A stretch of DNA of 63,411 bases, filler included, from Octopus bimaculoides (lineage: Eukaryota), in the NCBI RefSeq assembly GCF_001194135.2. It is 4 parts of 4 records of this genome, joined end to end, with 100 filler letters (N's around TTAATTAATTAA, not from the genome) between each part and the next. Parts side by side here need not be neighbours in the genome. Positions count along the whole stretch, not along the records: positions 18,349 to 32,127 come from NC_068987.1; positions 32,228 to 62,255 come from NC_068981.1; 2 more parts are not named here. The stretch is one strand, 5' to 3'. The notes below the pieces were generated by a model that was not told where the DNA came from, searched no databases, and worked only from the letters and a program-made list of their open reading frames with translations. Below are positions 21,690 to 33,114 of this stretch, piece after piece. Positions within the stretch are counted from its first letter, which is position 1, and every line of letters begins with the position of its first letter. A program made the translations under genes and the position numbers.

Positions 21690-22197
21690 TCCTGTCTTCA
21701 TTTTCACCTATCTCCTCATTCTAATCATACACATCCCTCCCCACCATCTATCCACAAATACTACCAATACATTCTCAAATTTTGATTCACACCACAAAAC
21801 CCCTTCGAATGAGCAACACAGAATCCACGGCTCCATACTAAGAAATGACTAAACATGAACTACTACTGGAACTTACATACCATGTACAGGAAACTTTTTT
21901 TACCACTTCTATTCACCACTTTCCTCGAATAATGGAACTGCAACTACAATATTTTATATTTTTATTTCATCTTTCATTCTCTTATTTCCCTCTATATTCC
22001 CTATCTCCTCCTTTTCCACAATAATTCCTTATTTCGAGCTCAAACATTTACCTTTATTTAACCATCTCACATCGTCTTTCATGAAGGGATATCCATAATA
22101 TCCCAGAAACAGCTGTAAGACTATATCTATATCTCTTTCCTTATAAACATCCTAAAACTCCTCACAACCTTAGCTTTGTTATCTCTTTTTGTCTAAT
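21690..22197 (+). mobile_element. Penelope-like element 3' remnant
   Basis: Strongly C/T-skewed strand ending in a minimal hammerhead-like motif, a hallmark of PLE terminal repeats; no ORF recognised. Confidence 0.45.
22074..22121 (+). ncRNA. Degenerate minimal type I hammerhead ribozyme motif
   Basis: Stem I GTCT/AGAC; core TTCATGA (canonical CTGATGA, 2 substitutions); stem II GGGATAT/ATATCCC; GAAA; stem III C-AGCT-G with palindromic loop; cleavage triplet GTA. Confidence 0.6.
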
Positions 22198-22256
22198 ATA
22201 TATATATGTGTGTGTGTGGGTGCATGCATGCATGCGTGTGTGGGTGCATGCATGCA

Positions 22257-22293
<37 letters not shown>

Positions 22294-22667
22294 TGATTGT
22301 TGCCGTCTCCTCGTGCTTTGTCGTTGTCAGTAGCATTTCTGGCTTTCCGTCCACGAGGTCTATTCAGTCCTGATGCAGATCTGCATGGTTTGAAGCATAG
22401 GTGATAAACGAAAGTTGAAACTCACAGTGTAGATCCAACTGGTTAAGTCTGCATACGTCGCCATTTTTCCATAATTATAGGACTTTCAGCAAACGAAATG
22501 ACAAATTAGGTCACCATAAAGAGACGTCTGTACGTCATTAGATTATAGTGATAAACTCATAAACAACTTGTTTACGCAATTAATACCAAGTTACAGGTCG
22601 AAGCGAGATGACAAATAATCGAATGAAACCATAGGTTTTTCATCGGAATGTCCCACTCCTAGAAGGA

Positions 22668-22900
22668 TGCTATGACAATAGCTACAGGTCTCTCACCCAC
22701 GGTGGTATTGCTGCGTACTCTGACACCAACCAACAATGTTTCTGAGTTTCCGCGCTCAGATAGATTGCCATCACATATGCTAGTTAACCCGCAGTTGAGA
22801 CCTTCACAGGTGATATTATTCCGGGTCAGAGTAGAGCTGGAAAGATTAGTATCTAAGGGTTGGCTCCGCACTCCTCAAAATCTTGGAACTCCCGGATCTG
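22668..22900. repeat. 164-bp direct repeat, copy 2, with a ~70-bp extension
   Basis: See copy 1. Confidence 0.85.
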
Positions 22901-22992
22901 AGCCTCTCTACCAAATTCACTCACACGACATTAATCGGCAGTCCGGGATTAAAGTAGAATACATTTGCCGAAAGTGCAAATGTGGTTTCTGT

Positions 22993-23027
<35 letters not shown>

Positions 23028-23029
23028 TT

Positions 23030-23330
23030 GTTTCAATTATTTTACTGTGGCCATGCTGAAGCACAGCATTTAGTCCAAGAAATATCGACTCCAGGGCTTA
23101 TTCTTTGTAAGACTAGTACTTATTCTATCGGTCGTAAACAGACACACACACACAAACACACACACATATATACGACGGGATTCTTTCAGTTTCCGTCTAC
23201 AAAATCCACTCACAAGGCTTTGGTCGGCCCTAGGCTATAGTAGGAGACAGCTGCCTAAGCTGCCTCGCGGTGAGACTGAACCCAGAACAATATGGTTGGG
23301 AAGCAAGCTTCTTACCACACAGCCACGGAG
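23030..23330 (-). mobile_element. SINE family B, internally deleted
   Basis: Tail TGGCCATGCTG plus head GGAAGCAAGCTTCTTACCACACAGCCA. Confidence 0.85.
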
Positions 23331-23550
23331 AAAAATATAAATAAGCTGTTCTTATCACTTTAGAAGATTTAAGGAAACGAGAAGCTCATCGTGACCCAAA
23401 CCAGGAATTATTTAACTATTTCCTTATGTAACTATGCAGCGTTCTTTAAAAACAACAGATGACTTTTATTAAACTAATGAAGATGTATAAATCTTATACG
23501 AAACAATCCTTTTCAAATGGCCTTTTTCAGTACTTTTATTAATAGCATTT

Positions 23551-24064
23551 ACAGAGGGGGAGGTTTAAGCAGTGATAAGTAAAATTGTAATGTTATTATC
23601 AGTACGAATACGCTTGAGGCACGTTCCAACTGGAGAACAAGTTACTGCGTGTGTCACGGGAAATATATCCCGTTTGTTGACAAATGGTGTGTGATCTACA
23701 CACCATTTGTCAACAAACGGGATAGCATTTCGGAGTAGTTATCTCCTCTTCGGTCACAGTACCAGGCGGGCGGCGCTACAAGCTCATTGAAGAGATTGAC
23801 TCTCTCATACTCTAGGGCGGCTCACCGTAAGTAAATTACAGAGGGGTGCGCAAAGCAGTGATAAGTAAAACTGTAATGCCATTATCAGTCAGAAATGCTA
23901 GTATCTCACAGTCTGGGTAGGTGGCGCTATGAGTTGATCTAGGTGTATACATACCATCTGTCAACAGACGGGATATATTTTCCGTGACAAAACGCAGTGA
24001 GTAACTTGTTTCCAGTTCGAACGTGCCTCAAGCATATTTGGACTGATTATAACATTACAATTTT
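23551..24064. repeat. Foldback/MITE-like composite: ~115-bp inverted arms, an internal perfect 26-bp hairpin and a ~53-bp direct repeat
   Basis: Arms 23581-23692 and 23948-24064; hairpin 23667-23723; direct repeat 23551-23603 and 23838-23890. Confidence 0.8.
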
Positions 24065-24267
24065 ATAAATAGCATCATCTAAAACATGTAATCGACGACT
24101 CAAATAATGTCACACATTTTACTGTCTGTGAATTCGTGAATTAATCTTCAAATAACTCCAGCTTTTCGTCCAAGCATTCATATTCGTTCCGTCAGAATAA
24201 AATGCAATCAAATGTTTCATTAAATATGTTCTCAAACTCTGCATCATTTAACATTCGTCGTAACAGA

Positions 24268-24272
<5 letters not shown>

Positions 24273-24312
<40 letters not shown>
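24273..24312. repeat. poly(T) tract
   Basis: About 40 T. Confidence 0.95.
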
Positions 24313-24321
24313 CCTATTCTC

Positions 24322-25001
24322 TAGGGTGGTGAGTCGGCAGTATCGTTACCGCACCGCGAAAAGAGCTGAGTGGCATTTCTTCCATCTTTACGTTTTGAGT
24401 TCGAATGCTGCCGGGATCGACTTTGCCTTTTACCCTTGCGAGGTCGATAACAGTCGGCCTCGGCGGGATTTGAGCTCCGAACGTTAAGAAGGATGAAATG
24501 CCGCTAAATATTTTGTCCGGCGTGCTAACGTTTCTTATTTCTTTATTGCCCACAAGGGGCTAAACATAGAGGGGACAAACAAGGACAGACAAAGGGATTA
24601 AGTCGATTACATCAACCCCAGTGCGTAACTGGTACTTAATTTATCGACCCCGAAAGGATAAAAGGCAAAGTCGACCTCGGCGGAATTTGAACTCAGAACT
24701 TAACGGCAGACAAAATACCGCAAAGCATTTCGCCCGGCGTGCTAACGATTTTGTCAGCTTCACCGCCTTGCGCATTGTATTAATAATGGTTTTAATTTTT
24801 GGCATAAGACCAGCAGTTTTTGGGGGGAGGGGCAAGTCAATAACATCGATCTCTCTACTCAGCTGGTAATTATTTTGTCGACTCCGAAAGGATGAAAGGC
24901 AAAGTCACGACTTCGGTGGAATTTGAGCTCAGAACGCAAAAACGGATGAAATGCCGCTAAATATCTTATCCGGCGTGCTAACGATTCTGTCGGTTCACCA
25001 T
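24322..25001. mobile_element. SINE family A array: plus-strand head, minus-strand head, young minus long-tail copy (24531-24770), diverged minus copy (24790-25001)
   Basis: Four occurrences of the GA(G/A)TTC.AA / TTTGAACTCAGAAC B-box region. Confidence 0.85.
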
Positions 25002-25272
25002 CTGACTTGCTGATATATTTTTCATTCGTTTTCGATAATTTTACTAAAACAAATTGCATCTTTTGTCGATTCGGTAATAGGTTCCGTCTCGAGAGCCACT
25101 GATAATCATCGATGCAAGCATTTTTTTCTGAGACTATTTGGTTCTTTATGACAGCAACAGTCGATTTCTGTTCACTGAGATATAAACCATATTAAGAATT
25201 TCACTGATTAGTTCAATATATTTTGCATTAAATCTATCTACAGCTGTAATAAAGATTTCCTTTTACGATTCA

Positions 25273-26505
25273 TTTGCAACGAATTTGATTTAAAATGTTT
25301 GACGAATTTGATTTAAAATATTTGACGAATTTGATTTAAAATGTTTGACGAATTTGATTTGAAATGTTTGACGAATTTGATTTGAAATGTTTGACGAATT
25401 TGATTTGAAATTNNNNNNNNNNNNNNNNNNNNNNNNNNNNNNNNNNNNNNNNNNNNNNNNNNNNNNNNNNNNNNNNNNNNNNNNNNNNNNNNNNNNNNNN
25501 NNNNNNNNNNNNNNNNNNNNNNNNNNNNNNNNNNNNNNNNNNNNNNNNNNNNNNNNNNNNNNNNNNNNNNNNNNNNNNNNNNNNNNNNNNNNNNNNNNNN
25601 NNNNNNNNNNNNNNNNNNNNNNNNNNNNNNNNNNNNNNNNNNNNNNNNNNNNNNNNNNNNNNNNNNNNNNNNNNNNNNNNNNNNNNNNNNNNNNNNNNNN
25701 NNNNNNNNNNNNNNNNNNNNNNNNNNNNNNNNNNNNNNNNNNNNNNNNNNNNNNNNNNNNNNNNNNNNNNNNNNNNNNNNNNNNNNNNNNNNNNNNNNNN
25801 NNNNNNNNNNNNNNNNNNNNNNNNNNNNNNNNNNNNNNNNNNNNNNNNNNNNNNNNNNNNNNNNNNNNNNNNNNNNNNNNNNNNNNNNNNNNNNNNNNNN
25901 NNNNNNNNNNNNNNNNNNNNNNNNNNNNNNNNNNNNNNNNNNNNNNNNNNNNNNNNNNNNNNNNNNNNNNNNNNNNNNNNNNNNNNNNNNNNNNNNNNNN
26001 NNNNNNNNNNNNNNNNNNNNNNNNNNNNNNNNNNNNNNNNNNNNNNNNNNNNNNNNNNNNNNNNNNNNNNNNNNNNNNNNNNNNNNNNNNNNNNNNNNNN
26101 NNNNNNNNNNNNNNNNNNNNNNNNNNNNNNNNNNNNNNNNNNNNNNNNNNNNNNNNNNNNNNNNNNNNNNNNNNNNNNNNNNNNNNNNNNNNNNNNNNNN
26201 NNNNNNNNNNNNNNNNNNNNNNNNNNNNNNNNNNNNNNNNNNNNNNNNNNNNNNNNNNNNTTGATTTGAAATGTTTGACGAATTTGATTTGAAATGTTTG
26301 ACGAATTTGATTTGAAATGTTTGACGAATTTGATTTGAAATGTTTGACGAATTTGATTTGAAATGTTTGACGAATTTGATTTAAAATGTTTGACGAATTT
26401 GATTTGAAATGTTTGACGAATTTGATTTGAAATGTTTGACGAATTTGATTTGAAATTTTTGACGAATTTGATTTGAAATGTTTGACGAATTTGATTTGAA
26501 ATGTT
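25273..26505. repeat. 23-bp minisatellite (TTTGACGAATTTGATTTGAAATG)n spanning an 848-N gap
   Basis: About 6 units left of the gap and about 10 right of it, nearly identical, with no spacers. Confidence 0.95.
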
Positions 26506-26889
26506 CTTTCATTTCTTATTTATTTATTTATTGCAAGGAAGCTTGGTGAACTTTATTTCGCCAGTTCACATCCGGACACATAGTACCTTTATCGTTTGGT
26601 TCGGAAGAAATACGAAGATGTTTTATTTTAAAAGATTTTCTTTCGTTTTAATGATGCCCAAAACGTTATTTATTCGCCCAATGAGATCGGCTAAATGATC
26701 CGTTTCTAACAACCAATCATATAGCATTGTTTATGAAAAATATCGTGTTTGCTTCTCATTTCGAAAGATCGATCCATACATTAAAATTTTCTGAATCATA
26801 AAAAAAAAAAAGATTCCATTGCACCTTAAAACATATTTTCAGATATTTTGCCATTTGTGTAATTACAATTATTAGCTCCTGGCTTTATC

Positions 26890-27000
26890 ACTTTATTGGA
26901 TAACCACTCATTTTATTGGATAACTAATAATTTTATTGGATAACTGAATATTTTACTGATAACTAATTTTACTGGATAACTAATCACTCATTTTTATGAT
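26890..27000. repeat. Short degenerate tandem repeat of TTTTATTGGATAAC
   Basis: About 5 copies at ~20-bp spacing. Confidence 0.75.
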
Positions 27001-27429
27001 ATTTCATTATACAAGTTTAATTACATTAAGTTAAAATAAGGCAAAATTCAGACTGTGAGGAATTTGCCAAAGTCGGGTCAATATGAAGTGCAGAGGGTTG
27101 GGCAAATTCATTTGCTGCAAGGAGTTTAAAATGTAACATTTTATCGTCCTAAGTTCATCGTCTGGATATGAAAGAATGAGTGAGAAAAACTGAGGTTGGG
27201 GTATTAATTTTGAGGGGAGATGGTAACAAAGCAGTGAGGTTGTTGGAATAAATGACAAACCAAAAAGGCAAGGCCAACCGATGAAGAGTCAGAAAGTTGA
27301 GCAGAATGTTAGATATACCCCTAAAAAAAAACAAAAAAAAAAAAACAAGGACACAGTTAAGGAGAAAGGTATTATTAGGGAGTGGGGTCAGAAGGGATAA
27401 CAGGGAGGTAAATATATATAAATAATACA

Positions 27430-27545
27430 GAATGGGACAAGAACGCAAAACATCCAGACAGTTAGGTGATACAAGAGAGGGACAAAACATCCAGATAGAA
27501 GATAGAAAGAAAACAAGGACAGGTCATTCGGAGTTTTCTCTCTTC
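27430..27545. repeat. Unclassified repeat family E (possibly a Penelope-type tail)
   Basis: AATGGGACAAGAACGCAAAACA...AAGAAAACAAGGAC.GGTCATTC.GAGTTTTCT is shared with 41570-41700. Confidence 0.6.
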
Positions 27546-27903
27546 ATGATATATACAGATAAGCATACAAATTCGTGTACTCATCCTTAATCGCAGCATA
27601 GAAAATAAGCCATTACTCCGACCTCAATATCAAAAGAGAAACAATTACGCAGCAAACACAGTGATATAGCATTCTTGGTCAATTGAATTGCCATCACGAA
27701 TAGACGAGGTCATTTGACTTGGTGGCGTGATTGCCACCATAACTTATCCAATTACGTTTCTCTTTGGCATCCAGCTTGAGTTAGCGACTGGGTCACATTT
27801 TTACAAAAGATTTTAATAATCAGTTCGCGCCAATCTGTGCAAACCGGATCCAGCTTACGTGTGGCTGTGAAATACGTTTAAGGCAAACTTTACACGGGCG
27901 CCC

Positions 27904-27934
<31 letters not shown>

Positions 27935-28296
27935 ATTATTTCCCATGATTTTTTTATAACATTGTCCCATATATTTGACAAATTTTTGACACCTCAAACA
28001 TAACATTTTTTTCAAGTTTTAAGCAATTTCTTAACAATTGATAAACATTTTTCCTTCTAAATAATCCTTTCTTCTATAAGCACAGGGCCTGGTATTTGGG
28101 GGGGGNNNNNNNNNNNNNNNNNNNNNNNNNNNNNNNNNNNNNNNNNNNNNNNNNNNNNNNNNNNNNNNNNNNNNNNNNNNNNNNNNNNNNNNNNNNNNNN
28201 NNNNNNNNNNNNNNNNNNNNNNNNNNNNNNNNNNNNNNNNNNNNNNNNNNNNNNNNNNNNNNNNNNNNNNNNNNNNNNNNNNNNNNNNNNNNNNNN

Positions 28297-29290
28297 ATTT
28301 TCCCTCCAAACAATATTGCAATGTTACGAAAAGATAATAGTCAAACTGAGACCAATCAGGACAAAGGAAAATGAGGAAAGACTCCCATAGTTGCAGGAGA
28401 GGCTGTGTGGTAAGTAGCTTCCTTACCAGCCACATGGTTCCGGGTTCATTCCCACTGCGTGGCACCTTGGGCAAGTGTCTTCTACTATAGCCTCCGGCCG
28501 ACCAAGGCCTTGTGAGTGGATTTGGTAGACGGAAACTGAAAGGAGCCTGTCGTATATATGTATATATATATGTGTGTGTGTATGTGTTTGTGTGTCTGTG
28601 TTTGCCCCTCCCCCAACATCGCTTGACAACCGATGGTGGTGTGTTTACGTCCCCGTAACTTAGCGGTTCGGCAAAAGAGACCGATAGAATAAGTACTAGG
28701 CATCCAAAGAATAAGTCCTGGGGTCAATTTTCTCGACTAAAGGCGGTGCTCCAGCATGGCCACAGTCAAATGACTGAAACAAGTAAAAGAGTAAAGAGTA
28801 TATTTCATGCCATTATCTTTTCCTGAGTTACTTAAGGCAATATGTGACAATGCATTATTGTTTAAGGGAAACATCTCTTTACGATTGACCAATTCCGGCT
28901 GCCTTTCTCCAAATTTTTGTGCAATGTTTCTAATTGACGACAATGTTTCGCATCAACTGTTTCGTTTTAGTTCAAAGCATCATGGTCGACAGCATCCTTT
29001 ATATACTAATAGACACAGTGTAACATTTTTCAGGTGCAGCTTCGGTTTCGGGATGGACTCTTCTTTTGCATTGGGTGCTAGCCATCGTCGTTACCATTGG
29101 ATATGATTATCAAGAACCCATTTTTCATTACCTGTGATGATTCTACTCAGGAAAAGATCGGTTGCGAGTGTAATCTCGGATGACGAGCGGATGGCAACTC
29201 TTTGCTTCAACTGAGATACAATTAGATGATGAGAGACCCACTGACCAAGTTTAGACTCATTTCCTTGTTCATGAAAGTGTTTTATACATA
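28297..29290 (-). pseudogene. Decayed mariner (Tc1/mariner, DD34D-type) transposase, interrupted by a SINE B
   Basis: Minus-strand pieces KLGQWVSHHL..., FLSRIITGNEKWVLDN (cf. RIVTGDEKW), PELVNRKEMFPLNNNALSH (cf. PELVNRKGVVFHHDNARPH) and CPDWSQFDYYLF (cf. SPDLAPSDYHLF), collinear, with stops and frameshifts. Confidence 0.9.
28393..28800 (+). mobile_element. SINE family B, young full-length copy inserted in the mariner relic
   Basis: A box TGGCTGTGTGG-like, B-box-like GGTTCATTCCC, CpGs intact, (AAAAGAGT) tail. Confidence 0.92.
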
Positions 29291-29347
29291 CATACATGCA
29301 TACATACGTACATACATACATACATATGCACACACATATATATATAT

Positions 29348-29394
<47 letters not shown>

Positions 29395-30046
29395 NNNNNN
29401 NNNNNNNNNNNNNNNNNNNNNNNNNNNNNNNNNNNNNNNNNNNNNNNNNNNNNNNNNNNNNNNNNNNNNNNNNNNNNNNNNNNNNNNNNNNNNNNNNNNN
29501 NNNNNNNNNNNNNNNNNNNNNNNNNNNNNNNNNNNNNNNNNNNNNNNNNNNNNNNNNNNNNNNNNNNNNNNNNNNNNNNNNNNNNNNNNNNNNNNNNNNN
29601 NNNNNNNNNNNNNNNNNNNNNNNNNNNNNNNNNNNNNNNNNNNNNNNNNNNNNNNNNNNNNNNNNNNNNNNNNNNNNNNNNNNNNNNNNNNNNNNNNNNN
29701 NNNNNNNNNNNNNNNNNNNNNNNNNNNNNNNNNNNNNNNNNNNNNNNNNNNNNNNNNNNNNNNNNNNNNNNNNNNNNNNNNNNNNNNNNNNNNNNNNNNN
29801 NNNNNNNNNNNNNNNNNNNNNNNNNNNNNNNNNNNNNNNNNNNNNNNNNNNNNNNNNNNNNNNNNNNNNNNNNNNNNNNNNNNNNNNNNNNNNNNNNNNN
29901 NNNNNNNNNNNNNNNNNNNNNNNNNNNNNNNNNNNNNNNNNNNNNNNNNNNNNNNNNNNNNNNNNNNNNNNNNNNNNNNNNNNNNNNNNNNNNNNNNNNN
30001 NNNNNNNNNNNNNNNNNNNNNNNNNNNNNNNNNNNNNNNNNNNNNN

Positions 30047-30110
<64 letters not shown>

Positions 30111-30320
30111 CAAAGACACACACACAACGCATACACATACACAAACACACGTATACAAGCACACAAAGACGTACACATATACACATACACACCAAGCACA
30201 TGCACACATGCACAAAGACGCGTATACACACACACATACACACACACACGCATACATACACACATACACACACACACACACACATATGCAAGACACACAC
30301 ATATACACACATATGCAATT
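29280..30320. repeat. (TACA/TA/CA)n microsatellite complex spanning a gap
   Basis: Direct inspection. Confidence 0.9.
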
Positions 30321-30354
30321 CATAGTCAAAAACTCCCGTTGTGTATGATTAAAC

Positions 30355-30829
30355 CAGGGGTCGCGAAAAGGGGATCCGAAGGATCCCCTAGTGGTCGGCG
30401 AGGAATTACAGGGAGTCGATGATATCCAAGGGGGTCTAATGGGGGTCAGCGTGCGAAAGACCAGCTCAACCAGATGAACTGCTTGAAATAGTTAGTCAGC
30501 GCCATGCTCATCCCTCACATTGATGTTGTTAATTTTAATAAAAGATATTCCAATAATATGATGTCCTTTTCACGTTTTCTAACCGTGAAAAGAATTTCAT
30601 AAAAATTGAAAGTTTAATACTGTATACTCGAACACGTAGTTTTAAATGTAAAAAGTGTGTCATCTTCAATAGAATTTCTTAATTTGTTGTACATGTGTAT
30701 TTTAGTTAACGTTTAAATTGCCAGCATCATTACCCGGTACGCATTTAAGATATAGTATGATAGGGTAGGGTACTAAGATATTTTAAATGAGGAGGGTGGT
30801 CGATGGCCGAAGAAGTTTGGCGAGCCCCG
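30355..30829. mobile_element. Non-autonomous hAT DNA transposon
   Basis: Perfect 8-bp TSD GATTAAAC (30347-30354 and 30830-30837); imperfect TIRs CAGGGGTCGCGAAA versus revcomp CGGGGCTCGCCAAA (11/14). Confidence 0.85.
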
Positions 30830-31027
30830 GATTAAACTCTACAAATAACTCCAAGGGAGATAAGCAAATAATCGCCACCGAAGCAAAATAAAGAAAATAA
30901 TATGAATGGAAGTAGACAAGTTAGATGGTTATTTCCCCTCTTTCCTAGAAAACAATCAAAATAAAAAAAGAAACTCACAAAAAGTTTCATGTGCGTGTGT
31001 AATTATTATTAAATAACAAATATGCTA

Positions 31028-31152
31028 CAGGGTGTCCACAAGTTCTGGGTACATGAAGTAATTAAAATCATAACATAAACAATTAAATATAAGAAATAAT
31101 AATTTCTTAAAGTATGTGTTAATCCCCATGTACCCAGACTTTGTGGACACCG
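31028..31152. mobile_element. Tc1/mariner-type MITE
   Basis: TA flanks; ~28-bp TIRs CAGGGTGTCCACAAGTTCTGGGTACATG / CATGTACCCAGACTTTGTGGACACCG. Confidence 0.8.
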
Positions 31153-31199
31153 TACTTTCAGGTTTAAGACTACATAACGATATTTAGTTATGTACATAT

Positions 31200-31207
31200 C
31201 TATATCC

Positions 31208-31261
<54 letters not shown>

Positions 31262-31634
31262 GTCTGTCTATCTAAATATTTGTGCATATTCTTCCCGAGC
31301 ATCAAATTAATACATTTGCACGTTGTCCCCTCACCTGTCTTGGTTTTTTTTTCTGTAAATTTTAACTACATACATACATACATACATACATACATACATA
31401 CATGTAAGTGTATATGTGTGTGTGTGAAAGTATGTATGCGTGTATGTATATGTATAAGTTTATATATATATATATATATATATTTATATGTATGTATGTA
31501 TGTATGCATGTATGTATGTATGTATGTATGGATGGATGGATGGATGTTTATGTATATGTATATAGCTGGACAGACAGATAGATAGATATATAGATAGATA
31601 GATAGATAGATGCACACAAGCATACATACATATA

Positions 31635-31676
<42 letters not shown>

Positions 31677-31770
31677 ATGTGCATATATACATATATATAC
31701 ATACATACATACATACACATATGTGTGTATATATACACACACACACAGACACACACACACGCACACACAC
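31200..31770. repeat. Compound microsatellites (TATC)n, (TACA)n, (TATG)n, (GATA)n, (TG)n
   Basis: Direct inspection. Confidence 0.95.
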
Positions 31771-32127
31771 TTTATTCAGTAGTGTACAAGTCGGGCTTCT
31801 GTACAAGTCACACCGTTAAATTAGTGTTAAATTTTAGTAGAAATTTTTTTCCGTTTATGTTCAAACTTTGTTTTCGGCTTTGCTTCGTGGGAAAGTTGAT
31901 TTCCCCCACCACACACGTTTCTTTCTTCTGTTTTCTTTTCAGTTGAAATCGTACATAAACTCGAATAAATACAGTACCTGCCGATAGATCAAATACTAAT
32001 TGCAATTTTAAGATTCAAAGCAAAGCTCACTTAACAAAAAGTTTTTTTTTTAAATCTTAAAAAAAAAAAATTCGAACTTAATAGTCTCCCTTTAACCATC
32101 GGATGTCTCGTAACTAGCTCGGCGTTA

Positions 32128-32227
32128 NNNNNNNNNNNNNNNNNNNNNNNNNNNNNNNNNNNNNNNNNNNNTTAATTAATTAANNNNNNNNNNNNNNNNN
32201 NNNNNNNNNNNNNNNNNNNNNNNNNNN
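32128..32227. other. Artificial scaffold linker N44-TTAATTAATTAA-N44
   Basis: Same 100-bp structure as 18249. Confidence 0.97.
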
Positions 32228-32607
32228 TATATATATATATATTTATTTATAATTATATAAGTGGTGCATTCCAGGATGCAATAAAATGATCCCCCTTCCC
32301 GATGATTCACTGCAGTTAGGCATCCAAACGAACTTGGGCCATCCAATGCCAAATTCCAAGTGCAATGGGGGAAACGTATGTAGGAACTAAATATTAATAC
32401 TGGTGTTCCTCTTAATTTCCACTGCGTATGCTCTGAACATCACGACTAGGAACACCGACTAACTACTACACTTCAAGCCGAATGGACAATAATATCCTAC
32501 ATGGAGCTATAACATGCATAATATCCTACATGGAGCTTTAACTAATACAGAAGTAGTCGTACATCTAACGTTACACGTTTCCTCTGTAAGGCTGTGGCCA
32601 TGCTGTT

Positions 32608-33010
32608 TTTTACTTGCTTCAGTCATTAGACTGCAGCCAAGCTGGAGCACCACCTTCAGGTACAATTAATCAATCCCAGTACTTATTATTTTGTCAAGTC
32701 TGGTACTTATTCTATCACCCTCTCTTGCCGAACCGATAAGTGACGGGGACGTAAACACACCAACAACGGTTGTCAAGCGGTGGTAGGGGGACAAACAGAG
32801 ACACAGACACACATACACAAACGCACGCTCGCACGCACACACACATGCACGTATGCCCACACATACGGCAGGCTTCTCTCAGTTTTCGTCTACCACATCC
32901 ATCCACAATCTTTGGTCATATAGTAGAAGACACTTGCCCAAGGTGCCACACAGTGGGACTGAACTTAAAAGCAGGTGGTTGGGAAGCAAGCTTCTTACCT
33001 CACAACCATT
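32608..33010 (-). mobile_element. SINE family B
   Basis: Tail CAGTCATTAGACTGCAGCC, body, head GGGAAGCAAGCTTCTTAC. Confidence 0.85.
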
Positions 33011-33020
33011 CACATGTTTA

Positions 33021-33114
<94 letters not shown>

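Noticed and set aside
22659-23073. Overlapping 70-aa and 133-aa ORFs
   Set aside because: They lie in the duplicated 164-bp repeat; copy 1 has a stop in the same frame, and the ORF runs into (TA)n and a SINE
25273-26505. CRISPR-like regular repeat
   Set aside because: Contiguous 23-bp units with no spacers, no cas genes, eukaryotic context
27859-27864. Minus-strand 6-nt microexon TTTCACAG|CCACAC|GTAAGC
   Set aside because: Such AG-N6-GTAAG patterns are expected several times by chance in 63 kb, and there is no host gene context
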